IMG/VR virus record: IMGVR_UViG_3300037067_027616
Location: 64,001 to 128,000 of that record
Direction: 5' to 3' (one strand)
DNA length: 64,000 nt
Origin: a virus
Lineage: Duplodnaviria > Caudoviricetes
A model generated the notes under the pieces. It was not told the DNA's origin and made no database searches. It saw nothing but the letters and a program-made list of their open reading frames with translations. Below are positions 27,243 to 37,108 of this stretch, in pieces; position 1 is the first letter of the stretch, and each line of letters begins with the position of its first letter. The position numbers and the translations under genes are program-made.

Positions 27243-28454
27243 TTACCTTCCTTTCCGTTTCCCAAGGAGAACCCGAAGGTTGTCCGGGGTCACCCAAGGA
27301 GCCTGCACCCTGCGGAGCCTCTCCGACTCAAGCCGCGCGGTCGGGTCACGGTACAGCATGTCACCCTCGCCCGTCAAAGTCTCGGCACCGTTTTCGTCCA
27401 ACACCACACGCGAGTCCGCAGAAGAAGTCACCGAGAACGCCGCCCGTGCAGGCATGTTGCCCTTGATGAGGGACGTCACGACGGTTACCAAAGGCTTCTG
27501 CGTACCGAGTACCAGGTGTATGCCCACCGCCCGGGCCTTCTGCGCCAACCGCACGATAGCCTGCTCGACCGTCTGCCTCTGCTCCTTCGAACCCATCAGC
27601 ATGAGGTCGGCGAACTCATCAACAGCAACCACGATGTACGGGAACACGTTCTTGGGAGCGACCTTGTTATACTCCTTGATGTTCTTGCACCGGGCATCCT
27701 TGAGCACCTCGAAACGCCGCTCCATCTCGGCAACAGCGCCACGGAGAAGATCACGGGCCTCGTCAACTTCGTATGCAGGCTCGCCATCGACATGGCAGTC
27801 GCCTTCAAAGTCAGCGAACTCCACACGCTTCGGGTCGACCAGTTTCAAACGCAGACGGTCAGGCCCGAGGACGGCACACAGGGTGGAAAGCACCGAAGTC
27901 ATGAACACCGATTTGCCCGAACCGGTCTGACCGGCGACGAGCAGATGCGGCATGTCTGCAAGGTCACGGTAAACACCACGACCGTACGTGTCCTCGCCAA
28001 GGATGACAGGGAGCGCCATGCCTGCGGGGATGTTCGTGACAAGACCTTTGAAGTCAACCGAGAGACGAGTACCATTCTCGACCTCGATGCCGACAGTCAT
28101 GCTGCCGCTGGTAGCCTTGACGATGCGCAGGCTCGGCACACCAAGGTCCCGGGCGATGTCGTCCCGGTAACGCTCGATGGAAGACAGCCGGGTGCCAACG
28201 GGGATGGCAACCTCGTAGGTGGTCACCGAAGGGCCAATGCGATAGTCCTTGAAGGAACCTTCGAGGCCGTACCGAGCGAGAACTTCCTCGACCCGCGAAG
28301 GCTCGACAGGGGCCTTGAACTCTGCCTCACGCTTTGTGTCTTCGTCCGACAGTCCATCAAGAAGGGAAAGGTCAGGACGATGCCACGAGTAACGATTCGG
28401 GGACACAGCTTTCACAAGGAGCTTGAGTATCGAACCTGCTTTGCGAGTGTTCAT
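27243..28454 (-). CDS. ftsK: FtsK/SpoIIIE DNA translocase motor domain
   Basis: PHLLVAGQTGSGKS, DPKRVE, VDEFADLM, RLAQKARAVGIHL, GAETL.G.GDML. Confidence 0.92.
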   Translation of the reverse strand: MNTRKAGSILKLLVKAVSPNRYSWHRPDLSLLDGLSDEDTKREAEFKAPVEPSRVEEVLARYGLEGSFKDYRIGPSVTTYEVAIPVGTRLSSIERYRDDIARDLGVPSLRIVKATSGSMTVGIEVENGTRLSVDFKGLVTNIPAGMALPVILGEDTYGRGVYRDLADMPHLLVAGQTGSGKSVFMTSVLSTLCAVLGPDRLRLKLVDPKRVEFADFEGDCHVDGEPAYEVDEARDLLRGAVAEMERRFEVLKDARCKNIKEYNKVAPKNVFPYIVVAVDEFADLMLMGSKEQRQTVEQAIVRLAQKARAVGIHLVLGTQKPLVTVVTSLIKGNMPARAAFSVTSSADSRVVLDENGAETLTGEGDMLYRDPTARLESERLRRVQAPWVTPDNLRVLLGKRKGR

Positions 28455-28478
28455 GTGTCCACCTCCTTCCTTACAAGG

Positions 28479-28507
28479 AATATACTAAAATAATAAGCGC
28501 TTGTCAA
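28479..28507 (-). promoter_or_regulatory. sigma70 promoter TTGACA-N17-TATATT
   Basis: Identical to the copy at 31987-32015. Confidence 0.85.
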
Positions 28508-28583
28508 CAGTTTTCTTTAGTTCCTGGAAAACCTTGTAACTCGTTGTTAAATAATGGGAATCAAATATAGAGGGGAAAAGAAA

Positions 28584-28985
28584 TCAAAGTAAATCGTCTT
28601 CAGTGTCACGGTCGCTTTCCAAAACGCCGGAGTATTCCACAGGATATGAACGTCCATCCTCCACCCATGTGCCCTTTAGCACGATGCCCTTATCTTGTTG
28701 CTCGACCCTCAATCCCTCCACCAAGTATCCCTTCCAATCCAACGAACGAATCGTCGACCTCTCACGGTATCTTCCGTACCCTGTGTATTGGAAGGAACAC
28801 TGCCACCCACTAGGAATCTCAACCGCTTTCACTCGATACGCTGTGTGGCTGTCACCGAAATCAAACATGATCTGTTTAATGCCCGACCCCGGAGTGAGGA
28901 CTTTCATGAGTACCCTTTTATACTCATAGTCCCCTATGACGGGTCGTTTGAACACCAGCTTTCCTATGTAATCCTTGATGTTCAT
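28584..28985 (-). CDS. hypothetical protein
   Basis: Coupled ORF. Confidence 0.6.
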   Translation of the reverse strand: MNIKDYIGKLVFKRPVIGDYEYKRVLMKVLTPGSGIKQIMFDFGDSHTAYRVKAVEIPSGWQCSFQYTGYGRYRERSTIRSLDWKGYLVEGLRVEQQDKGIVLKGTWVEDGRSYPVEYSGVLESDRDTEDDLL

Positions 28986-29443
28986 CAGGCAGCATCCTTT
29001 TTATTTTTGGAAAAAATTACCTTGATGTAATGATCCAACTCACCGTGCAACCCTATCAACATCGGAAGAAAATTTTCTTGGCTGAGGATGCACATAAGAA
29101 TCTTATGGCTCTCGCCTGCAGGGAGGTCTTCTATCCAGGTGCTCAATTTAGGGTACTTGTGTTCCCGATAATAATCCTTTAACGCTTCAATCATAATCTG
29201 TATCAAGATCCCAAAAAGAAAAATAAGGGCCAAGACAATAAGCAAAATCAATGTGACCAATAAACCACCCATCGTTTTCATTACAACATCGCCATCATTC
29301 ACATTAAGCAAACGGTGGGTGACAGTACCTACAAAGTAAAAGATTGACAACAGAACTGCTGTGCCCGAAACACCCATGCAAAACGTGACAGCCCCCGTTG
29401 TCGCTTTCGACCAGAACGCGCTTTTTATCATATCGACCGTCAC
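28985..29443 (-). CDS. two-TM protein with shared C-terminal tail motif
   Basis: LPMLIGLHGELDHYI. Confidence 0.65.
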   Translation of the reverse strand: MTVDMIKSAFWSKATTGAVTFCMGVSGTAVLLSIFYFVGTVTHRLLNVNDGDVVMKTMGGLLVTLILLIVLALIFLFGILIQIMIEALKDYYREHKYPKLSTWIEDLPAGESHKILMCILSQENFLPMLIGLHGELDHYIKVIFSKNKKDAA

Positions 29444-29697
29444 TTTCCGACTGTCATGCGAAATTTGAGATAGCCTTGCCTCGCCTCATCAATGTAGAGC
29501 GGAGGCACCTGCTCGATGGGTATCTCGAACAAGTGCTTCACATCATCCTTGAGTCCGTGGCTCTCAAGCAACTCCTTGAATTTCGCCGGCGAGTAGTCGA
29601 GTCGAGGTAGAAAGGCGGCGGGTATCGACCCGGGGGACGACACCCGCGCCAGCATCTTCATGTCCTCCTTCGTGTAGCGAGGTGAGGCCATGGTCAC
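29440..29697 (-). CDS. hypothetical protein
   Basis: Coupled ORF. Confidence 0.6.
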   Translation of the reverse strand: MTMASPRYTKEDMKMLARVSSPGSIPAAFLPRLDYSPAKFKELLESHGLKDDVKHLFEIPIEQVPPLYIDEARQGYLKFRMTVGK

Positions 29698-30371
29698 ACC
29701 GCCTGGCTTGCATCCTTGACGGTGTCTGCGGCCTGCTTGAAACCCCCTTCAAGAGCGGCCTTCTCGGCATCGGGCAAGGCATACTGCTTCTTGTCCATGC
29801 CCTCGCGCACCACGTAGATGGTCTCCTTCTTGAAATACTTCTTGATGCCTTCGATACCGAGGGCGGCTTCAAGCGCCTTGGAAAGTTCGACGCGCTCGGC
29901 GCGGTTCTTCAGTATCTCGTCCTTGATTGAAATCGTGGTGTCTTCCTCGGCGATGGCATCAAAGAAAACGGCCCCGACCTTCGACCGCACCGCCTTGAGA
30001 TCCACGCCCTTTATGGCAATCCACTTGTCAGACTGTGACACATCCGCCTGGAACAGCACCTTGTCCTTGCGCTCCCCGACAACGCGGTAGGTCTTCTGGT
30101 AATCACCCTGCTTGGCATTGCCCTCACGGAGTTCGCCCACGTACGCACGCAGCACCTCGGCGTGTTCCGCAGCGGCCTCTTCTGCGGCCTTCTTCTCGGC
30201 AAGAGCCTTGCAATACTTCCGCACAGCCTCCAGGACCGGTTGCGGATCGGACTTGTTCTCGACCTCCACCACCGTGTCCTGCGGATCGACCGCACGCACT
30301 TCCGACTTCTTGCCGGACGCCGTGAGTGTCGGAGCCGATGCGTGCTTGAGAATACCCTTTACCTTTGCCAT
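29694..30371 (-). CDS. hypothetical protein
   Basis: GGAGGT RBS. Confidence 0.7.
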   Translation of the reverse strand: MAKVKGILKHASAPTLTASGKKSEVRAVDPQDTVVEVENKSDPQPVLEAVRKYCKALAEKKAAEEAAAEHAEVLRAYVGELREGNAKQGDYQKTYRVVGERKDKVLFQADVSQSDKWIAIKGVDLKAVRSKVGAVFFDAIAEEDTTISIKDEILKNRAERVELSKALEAALGIEGIKKYFKKETIYVVREGMDKKQYALPDAEKAALEGGFKQAADTVKDASQAV

Positions 30372-30433
30372 GACCCACCTCCACCATGTTGATATAAACC
30401 AGAACCTTCAAGGCGCCCCATGCGCCTTGAAGG

Positions 30434-31531
30434 TCACAGGTACGTCGACCTCATATCCGCCGCCTCCGCCGCCCGTATCGACCAAGTCGATATAGCAGTG
30501 GACAGCCACGATATCCCACACAGGGCCACTTCGCCCACAAAGAACCACCAGAATCCCGCCAACGGACCCGGTCCACCCTCACCCCACGTCTGGTCAAGGC
30601 AGTACACAGACCACACGAGCATCCCGAAGATGCATGCAATCGGCACCCAATACCCAAACAACGTGTGACCGACCTGCGCTACGACCTGCTCCGCCTTCGC
30701 CTCGACAAACGCCGCAGACACGGAACTCTTGACCGCACCAGACATCCAATAAGGACGGGTGTTTTTCCGCTCACACAACCCCGTCTTGCGGCCACGCAAA
30801 AGCATGGCCATGCCGTCTGACAACGGCCCTTCGTTGCCGATCACATCCGGGTTGCCGTACAACATCTGCACCGAACGGCGAACCAACGCGGCCAGATCTT
30901 CACCCATCGTTTCGTCCCAACACAAGGCACTTCCGTTACGATCCCGCGCCAAAAACCCGAAGGTCCACAAGGAACCCGCACGGGACGCCCGGTACTCCAC
31001 CGTCACCCACGCCGAATGAACGGCACGGGGACGGGCATTGTGTAGTGGGCCGGTGCCTTCACCAAGCAACGGCATGCTCTCGTCCACCGTTGCAAAGTCC
31101 ACGTACTGATCAGGCACCGCAGTGACATCGCCGCTCCAGGAATCAAACGAATCAACAGGGCTGCCTGCCGCCTCCCACCGCTCGTTGTGTACCTTCACGA
31201 CCGAGTTGTACCGCTCGAACTCCGCCATGTTGCTGTGGAAGTCAAGGGCCACCACCAAGCGACCCTCTCCCGGGAAACGGTTACGCTCTCGTATCTTCGC
31301 ACCAGAAGCAACGTCCTTCACCCAAAAGGTGGAAGTGTCGTCAACATAATGCGTGGATGAATACGCCGGGTCAAGACGCAAATCACGCGGCTCATAAAGA
31401 AACACAAGCCGCGCAAGGGTATCCGTCGGGTCACTGTCGGAAGTCTCCACAGGGGTGGAACGCAACGCGGACTTTTCAAGGTCCTTCCCGATGCGGCCAT
31501 ACATCCCGCGCAAATACTGTGCGTGTTTCAT
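30434..31531 (-). CDS. hypothetical protein with C-terminal TM helices
   Basis: Long ORF; hairpin at about 30405-30434 downstream. Confidence 0.65.
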   Translation of the reverse strand: MKHAQYLRGMYGRIGKDLEKSALRSTPVETSDSDPTDTLARLVFLYEPRDLRLDPAYSSTHYVDDTSTFWVKDVASGAKIRERNRFPGEGRLVVALDFHSNMAEFERYNSVVKVHNERWEAAGSPVDSFDSWSGDVTAVPDQYVDFATVDESMPLLGEGTGPLHNARPRAVHSAWVTVEYRASRAGSLWTFGFLARDRNGSALCWDETMGEDLAALVRRSVQMLYGNPDVIGNEGPLSDGMAMLLRGRKTGLCERKNTRPYWMSGAVKSSVSAAFVEAKAEQVVAQVGHTLFGYWVPIACIFGMLVWSVYCLDQTWGEGGPGPLAGFWWFFVGEVALCGISWLSTAISTWSIRAAEAADMRSTYL

Positions 31532-31962
31532 GACGGCCCCCTTCCTGTTTTGTCTGGCCATATCATTTTAATGGTCGTGCTCGCCCACGGATAAGTCCAC
31601 GAGTCAAACTTGATGTCCACTGTAGCATCCCCTATGAATCCACCAGTCGGAGAAACCAAACCCTTGACCCTGAACCTGCGTATCTTCGGATTCTCATTGG
31701 CGGAACTCTTGGGGTAGTCACCCATGTCCTTCATCTTGCTGAAACGATACCCTACTTTAGACATAGATTTTTCAGCATGACCTTTGTAGGTATCAACATC
31801 AGGCGTATAGTATGCCATGGTGCATACCTTACCACCGAGATTAATGACGGTCGAACAAACCCCCGCCACCAACGCCAAAAGGAAAGCCAACGTCATCGTA
31901 ACCGCAACCATATTTGACTGGCGAGCGCTGGCATTGCTCGTCTGATATATGCCCTTTACCAT
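31528..31962 (-). CDS. membrane-anchored hypothetical protein
   Basis: GGAGG RBS, promoter upstream. Confidence 0.6.
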   Translation of the reverse strand: MVKGIYQTSNASARQSNMVAVTMTLAFLLALVAGVCSTVINLGGKVCTMAYYTPDVDTYKGHAEKSMSKVGYRFSKMKDMGDYPKSSANENPKIRRFRVKGLVSPTGGFIGDATVDIKFDSWTYPWASTTIKMIWPDKTGRGPS

Positions 31963-31986
31963 GTCAGCCTCCTTTCCATATGGTGG

Positions 31987-32015
31987 AATATACTAAAATA
32001 ATAAGCGCTTGTCAA
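31987..32015 (-). promoter_or_regulatory. sigma70 promoter TTGACA-N17-TATATT
   Basis: Exact motif. Confidence 0.85.
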
Positions 32016-32020
32016 CACCT

Positions 32021-32353
32021 TTATGCGCTTTCTTCTTCACCGAGACTGGGCAACCCTTCAGGGGCCGGGGGTTGTACCCTCCTGCTCCCCACAACCATGT
32101 TGTCCTCGACCCGCAAGGAATCCCGGTCACCGTCTTCACCGAGAGCCCGGCGCACCTTCACCCAGAACAAATCCGCCCTGGCGGACGCTTCCTTCAACAT
32201 GAGGTTGCCTTCCGTGTTGAGCCGGTCAATCTCCTTCCACTCCTTCAACTGCTCCCCGCTCAAGGTGGCCAGAGGTTCGTAGTCCGGCTTCCCCGTCATA
32301 CCCTGCAGGAACCCCAACAGTCCGCGGAGCCTGTCCTGTGCATTTTCGTCCAT
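32021..32353 (-). CDS. hypothetical protein
   Basis: GGAGGG RBS; promoter TTGACG-N17-TATATT at 32392-32420. Confidence 0.6.
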   Translation of the reverse strand: MDENAQDRLRGLLGFLQGMTGKPDYEPLATLSGEQLKEWKEIDRLNTEGNLMLKEASARADLFWVKVRRALGEDGDRDSLRVEDNMVVGSRRVQPPAPEGLPSLGEEESA

Positions 32354-32430
32354 GAACCCCTCCCCTTTGTTTGGGAAATGATAACGATAAGAATATACTT
32401 TTCTAACTGCCAACCGTCAACAAAATTATT

Positions 32431-32529
32431 TGGACAGGGCGGGAATTGAACCCGCTGCGAACCCACGGAGCGATGGACTCGAACCATCTTTTGGGGAGCT
32501 ACCCCACGGCCACCTTTGCCGACCTGCCC
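32431..32529 (-). ncRNA. tRNA-like RNA with Ala identity (G3:U70, A73) and two T-arms
   Basis: GGGCAGG/CCTGTCC-A acceptor; GCGGG-TTCAATT-CCCGC T-arm; extra GATGG-TTCGAGT-CCATC arm. Confidence 0.6.
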
Positions 32530-32557
32530 ATATATAATTACAACTATCAACAAGTTT

Positions 32558-33235
32558 CTACGTGGACCGCGTGGCGGCGACCCTCTTCTCGTAGTATTTC
32601 ACACGCCGGCGATAATCCCTCACCTTGTGCTGTGCGTATTGAAGCCTCGACTCCCAACGAAACAAGTGATCTGATACGACCCCCAACTTATAGGCCGGGT
32701 CGGACTTCTCCGCACGCCGCCTCTCCTTCGTGGTGGCCTTCCGCACAGCCAACGCATGCTCCCTGCGCACGGCCTTGTTTATCCGTGACCACAACTCCAC
32801 CCTCGCCTCCCGGTACGCTTTGACGGCCTCCAGGCCCTTCTCATCGCAAAGAAACTCGGTGTCTCTCCCCCTCTTTGGGGCTTGCCCCTTACTCAAACTA
32901 TTAAAAATGGCGTGACCCAACTCGTGGCCCATCACGAACACCAGCACTTCCGTCCTGCTCAAGAACTCCCGCACCCTGCTTCCCACGTACCTGGAGTCAG
33001 CCGTACGATACGGCCAGGATCCTCTCTCCCTCCCGAAGTGCCTCTGGATGAACACATGCTGCCGCCACAAGTTACCATACCCACTCCACCCATATTTTTT
33101 ATCCTCGACATGCACTTGATAGTTCCTCACCGGGACATCAAGCTTCTTCGCCACGAACTGCGCGAGAATCCGCACATACGATGTTGGTAGCACCGACTTG
33201 TTAAAGACTTCCACCGTCTTCCACAGTTCCTTCAT
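32558..33235 (-). CDS. putative HExxH zinc metalloprotein
   Basis: FVMGHELGH...TEFLCD. Confidence 0.6.
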   Translation of the reverse strand: MKELWKTVEVFNKSVLPTSYVRILAQFVAKKLDVPVRNYQVHVEDKKYGWSGYGNLWRQHVFIQRHFGRERGSWPYRTADSRYVGSRVREFLSRTEVLVFVMGHELGHAIFNSLSKGQAPKRGRDTEFLCDEKGLEAVKAYREARVELWSRINKAVRREHALAVRKATTKERRRAEKSDPAYKLGVVSDHLFRWESRLQYAQHKVRDYRRRVKYYEKRVAATRST

Positions 33236-33246
33236 GGCGCCTCCCC

Positions 33247-33597
33247 TCACACCTCAAGAGATTCGAGGAAATGTATCTCCTTGACTACCGCAGACACTAA
33301 CTTTCCCGATGCAGGCCCCTCGTTGTGGACCCAATCAAAAAGGTTCAAACACACACGCTCCCAAGGACTCCTCATACAAAACTCCCTCCCGGTCACCTTG
33401 GCCACCGGACACTTCGGACACCGGGGAAATTTAGTCTCGCCACGGGACATCCTCATCCCAAACAGCCTGCACAAACTGCAATCCTTCATGCGTATCTTCA
33501 CATCGGGACGTGACTCGGCACACACGGCGATGAGGTTCCGGTACCAATGCTCTATGGACTTCTTGAGGGCCTTGCGTATCTTCAACTTCGTCACCAT
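33247..33597 (-). CDS. Cys-containing hypothetical protein
   Basis: CSLC...CPKCPV. Confidence 0.6.
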   Translation of the reverse strand: MVTKLKIRKALKKSIEHWYRNLIAVCAESRPDVKIRMKDCSLCRLFGMRMSRGETKFPRCPKCPVAKVTGREFCMRSPWERVCLNLFDWVHNEGPASGKLVSAVVKEIHFLESLEV

Positions 33598-33616
33598 GAC
33601 TCACCCCCTTGTTTAA

Positions 33617-33650
33617 TAAAAAACGAGCCGTCACCCGTAGGTGACGGCCC
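33617..33650 (-). terminator. Rho-independent terminator
   Basis: GCCGTCACC-TACG-GGTGACGGC-TCG-TTTTTT. Confidence 0.7.
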
Positions 33651-33679
33651 CGCCCCTTCCCCCGGTACACCACTCACCG

Positions 33680-34219
33680 TCAAACCTGGGGCATCAAATC
33701 CTGCGCCTTCACATACAGGCGCACCACCTTGTTGTACTGTGACACCTTCTTCGTGAGGTCAAGGATGCCATCCCTGCACGATGTCGGGACCACCTTCAAC
33801 ACCTTGCTGAGCACTCCCGGGTTCACGATAAACACATCCTTGGCTGCCGCCACCCGCGAGGTCAACGCCTGCGGAGGACGCACCACAGGACGCACACCCT
33901 GATGCACCACCACCTTTTTCACCGGCGACTTGTTGCTCCGGACGTACGGATGCAGGCACACCGGACTCGCCTTGTAGCCGGGCTTGGTGCTCGTGAATGA
34001 CACACCGCGACCATGAAGGAAGTAACGCCTGCCGTCATAGTCGATCTTGTGGCCATGTCCGCGAAGCTCGTGGATGGCCGCATGGACGGTGACTTTCTTC
34101 TGGAAAGCCCCGTCCGACATGATGTCTCCCAACGACTTACCCTTCACGCCCTCATGACGGAGCATCGCCAAGACCCTCCCTACATGGGAATCACTTGACG
34201 GCTCATACATCTTACCCAT
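33680..34219 (-). CDS. basic protein with N-terminal winged-HTH-like segment
   Basis: RVLAML...SLGDI...TVHAAIHELR..G..I...GRRYFL. Confidence 0.6.
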   Translation of the reverse strand: MGKMYEPSSDSHVGRVLAMLRHEGVKGKSLGDIMSDGAFQKKVTVHAAIHELRGHGHKIDYDGRRYFLHGRGVSFTSTKPGYKASPVCLHPYVRSNKSPVKKVVVHQGVRPVVRPPQALTSRVAAAKDVFIVNPGVLSKVLKVVPTSCRDGILDLTKKVSQYNKVVRLYVKAQDLMPQV

Positions 34220-34270
34220 ACACCCTCCTTGTAGTGTTGATATGTTTTACCTCTGCCACGCACCCACTGC

Positions 34271-34498
34271 TTATTCTTTGATGCTGTCCGGGTGATCTAT
34301 CCAGCAAACCTCCATCACCGATGTGCAATGCCCCTCGAATATCTCCACGATGGAAATACCCGTGTCTTCCGCATCCCGCTTCTTCCAAAACTCCGCCACC
34401 GCACCGTTCATATCGTCCGCCACCACATGCTCCGTGATAGTCTCGCCCTCATCGGGATATACACCCACCACCGTGAATTTCTTTTTGCCCTTCGCCAT
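34271..34498 (-). CDS. small hypothetical protein (paralog of 36842-37108)
   Basis: TVVGVYPDEGET..EHV.AD....AV..FW...IFEG. Confidence 0.6.
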   Translation of the reverse strand: MAKGKKKFTVVGVYPDEGETITEHVVADDMNGAVAEFWKKRDAEDTGISIVEIFEGHCTSVMEVCWIDHPDSIKE

Positions 34499-34602
34499 GA
34501 TATGCCTCCTGTTCAGATGAGTAAAACAACCTCTCAACTCCACTCAACTCCTTACACCTTCTATCAAGCCAGAGGTCACCTCACCTTCTCTCAGTATGTG
34601 TG

Positions 34603-34631
34603 AATATACTTTTTAAAAAGCCGTCCGTCAA
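34603..34631 (-). promoter_or_regulatory. sigma70 promoter TTGACG-N17-TATATT
   Basis: Motif and spacing; palindromic site adjacent at 34636-34663. Confidence 0.75.
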
Positions 34632-34725
34632 CCAGAATCTTTCCGTACAGGTGGAAGGAAAACACATGGCCACCACCACGCACTTCAAAAATTGCTGCCC
34701 AGGCAACGAATAACAGCCTGCATAC

Positions 34726-35025
34726 CTACTTGATCACATCGAAGTACGAGACATGCACCCTCGCCGGGTCAAACGTATTCCGCGCCTTACGGGTCTGCTC
34801 CACAAGATCCGGACCGTACTTCTTGTAGTCCTCCGGGCCATACCCTGTGGTGCCTTCACGGCGGGCACGCGCTATGTCAGTCGCATCAACAAGCCGGCCG
34901 TGAAGCACCGTGCCTATCTCATCATCGACATAGGATGCATCCACGCGTACCTTGAACCGTCCCTCCATAAGGGAGGTCCCGCCGACATCGTTCGTGAACG
35001 CAACCTCTTTGGCTATTATCATCAT
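34726..35025 (-). CDS. hypothetical protein
   Basis: ORF with RBS. Confidence 0.55.
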   Translation of the reverse strand: MMIIAKEVAFTNDVGGTSLMEGRFKVRVDASYVDDEIGTVLHGRLVDATDIARARREGTTGYGPEDYKKYGPDLVEQTRKARNTFDPARVHVSYFDVIK

Positions 35026-35059
35026 GGCACACCCCCTTTACTCTCAAGTAACCCCCGCG

Positions 35060-35332
35060 TCATTTACCGCTGAACTCAGGCATGTCCGGCACCGTAGCAG
35101 GAGCAAAGAACCACTCGTCCCCAAGCTCACTCTCGAACACGAACTGACCATCCCCTGCCACCAAAACCCCGTTGCTGATGGTATGAACACTGCACAATAT
35201 CATCTCGTAACGAGGCTTCTCCCCTTCCTTCTTTGCGAACTCGGAACGGGAATACCGCTCACCCGCAAACCAATACTGCCCCGGCACGTTCGGGAACTTA
35301 TGCACCCACACAGACTTCTTCTTGGAAGACAT
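35060..35332 (-). CDS. hypothetical protein
   Basis: AGGAG RBS before MSSKK. Confidence 0.55.
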   Translation of the reverse strand: MSSKKKSVWVHKFPNVPGQYWFAGERYSRSEFAKKEGEKPRYEMILCSVHTISNGVLVAGDGQFVFESELGDEWFFAPATVPDMPEFSGK

Positions 35333-35337
35333 ATAGG

Positions 35338-35631
35338 CTACTCCTTTTCTTTCTTTGCAATACAACCTGTCACATACTCCTTGCACGCCCGTTTGGCTTC
35401 CTCAATATCCTTGTAGTATGTATCCTCAGCGGCAGTGTTGCGGAGAGGTACGTGCAAACGGTCACTCACCGCATACCAATACCATCCGCTATACTCAAAA
35501 CGCATCCCCATACGCCTCGCTGACACCTTCCCCACATCCTCCCCACCCACCTTCAAGATGGCGCCCCGAGGTCCCTCACCGATGGAAGACAGCCCGGACT
35601 CATGAGGTTGCTTACGCCATGTCATACGCAT
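35338..35631 (-). CDS. hypothetical protein
   Basis: ORF in a tightly packed run of small genes. Confidence 0.55.
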   Translation of the reverse strand: MRMTWRKQPHESGLSSIGEGPRGAILKVGGEDVGKVSARRMGMRFEYSGWYWYAVSDRLHVPLRNTAAEDTYYKDIEEAKRACKEYVTGCIAKKEKE

Positions 35632-36216
35632 ATATCACACCCCCATCCGCCGCAGCGCCGCATCAATGAACCGAGGCGCCACCTCACCGTCCGTAGAATA
35701 ATGATAGACCGTGTCAGAACCACGGCCATCAACCCGTACCCGACCCGTCCGCTTGTCAAACCTCCACCGCGGATACGTTGACAAGTCCGGCTTTATGTAA
35801 TCCGGTAAGTTCGTGTGACCATGCTCCACGACATGAACATCCACAGGGGCGTCAGAAAACACCGTCAGATTCCCGCCCTCAATCTATCAACACCCGTGAA
35901 TTTTTTGCCATCACCTACCCCCTTACCTGAAGGTATCCGTCCACCCATGGACGGAAGGATTTTCAATCGATCAACCCCAATGTCTTGTATGCCATGTAGA
36001 ACCCGTACTGAAATGACTTCCACTTGTCACACCAATCATTCGCTTGCGCCCTGCTCATACCCGGATACACTTCATCCCCCGGCTTGCAATCATTCCCGTT
36101 CGGGGACTGCCCCGGCAACTTCACATAAGTGAGCCTCACGAAATCCATGTAGTCCATGTCCCATGAGTTGATGGACTTCCAAACCTCGGCACACTTCTTG
36201 TCAACCTCTTCCTGGG

Positions 36217-36618
36217 TCATACGTCCACCACCATGTACGGCACCCCTCCCGGCAGTACCTTCCACATCTCCCGTGGCGCACAGTACTTGGCCAACCCAAG
36301 ACCCATCCCGAGTACGAAAAGTGAGTCTATGTCCCGGTGCTCACCCCACTGTACCCCCTCCCGATCCACACACGCATCCAAGAAGGACATCCCCCCGCCA
36401 CCAGACTTGCGGAACCCATCGGGAAGTCCCCGTAACATGTCCGCAACATCCTGCCGGTGTGACTCCAACCTTCCCTTGTGAAGACCAAACTTGTTGACAA
36501 GACCCTCCACCATGACCAAATCATCAAGATTCCGGGGACTCCCATCCTGAACCTCATCATCCCGGAACAGTACATCCATAACAACCATTTTCACGTTTTC
36601 AGCAGTCAATGCAGTCAT
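36217..36618 (-). CDS. phage hypothetical protein
   Basis: GGGMSFLDACVDREGVQWGEH...LPGGVPY. Confidence 0.65.
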   Translation of the reverse strand: MTALTAENVKMVVMDVLFRDDEVQDGSPRNLDDLVMVEGLVNKFGLHKGRLESHRQDVADMLRGLPDGFRKSGGGGMSFLDACVDREGVQWGEHRDIDSLFVLGMGLGLAKYCAPREMWKVLPGGVPYMVVDV

Positions 36619-36841
36619 AGGTCGTACCCCCTTCATAGTTCCGCAACGTGCTCCGCATACTCGTCCGCATCCATCACCAAACACACGAGTCCTTTCCCGT
36701 CATGGTACATGACCTCCTCGAAACCATCGAGGGCCAAACAAGGGTCGCGGTCCTCGTCCGACATCGGGATGAGCTTCGTCCCGGCAGGCACGACCATCTC
36801 CATGCCTTGCTCGTCCACCGACTCGAAATCCTTGATGAGCT

Positions 36842-37108
36842 TCATAGATCCTCTTGTATGGAAGCATCCCCATGCCATACATGTGGGTGTCCTATCCACC
36901 AATCAATAAGACAGGGACGCAACTTGCCCTCGAACACCTGGGCTACGTATACGTCCTTCGCCGGCTTGCCGAACGGTCCACGCCAGAACGCAGACACCGC
37001 TTCCCTCACCGAATCAGCATCAACATACTCGACGAACGTCTGCCCCTCATCGGGGTTCACGACCACCAACGTGTACCACGACAGCCCTGACCCATGTTTT
37101 TTACTCAT
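36842..37108 (-). CDS. small hypothetical protein (paralog of 34271-34498)
   Basis: TLVVVNPDEGQT.VEYVDAD...AVSAFW...VFEG. Confidence 0.6.
   Translation of the reverse strand: MSKKHGSGLSWYTLVVVNPDEGQTFVEYVDADSVREAVSAFWRGPFGKPAKDVYVAQVFEGKLRPCLIDWWIGHPHVWHGDASIQEDL

Noticed and set aside
26835-28493. 552-aa + strand ORF (and similar long + ORFs such as 121-762, 5325-6215, 25801-26613, 61270-62250)
   Set aside because: They are antisense to well-supported - strand genes, have no recognisable motifs, and reflect GC-rich codon bias.
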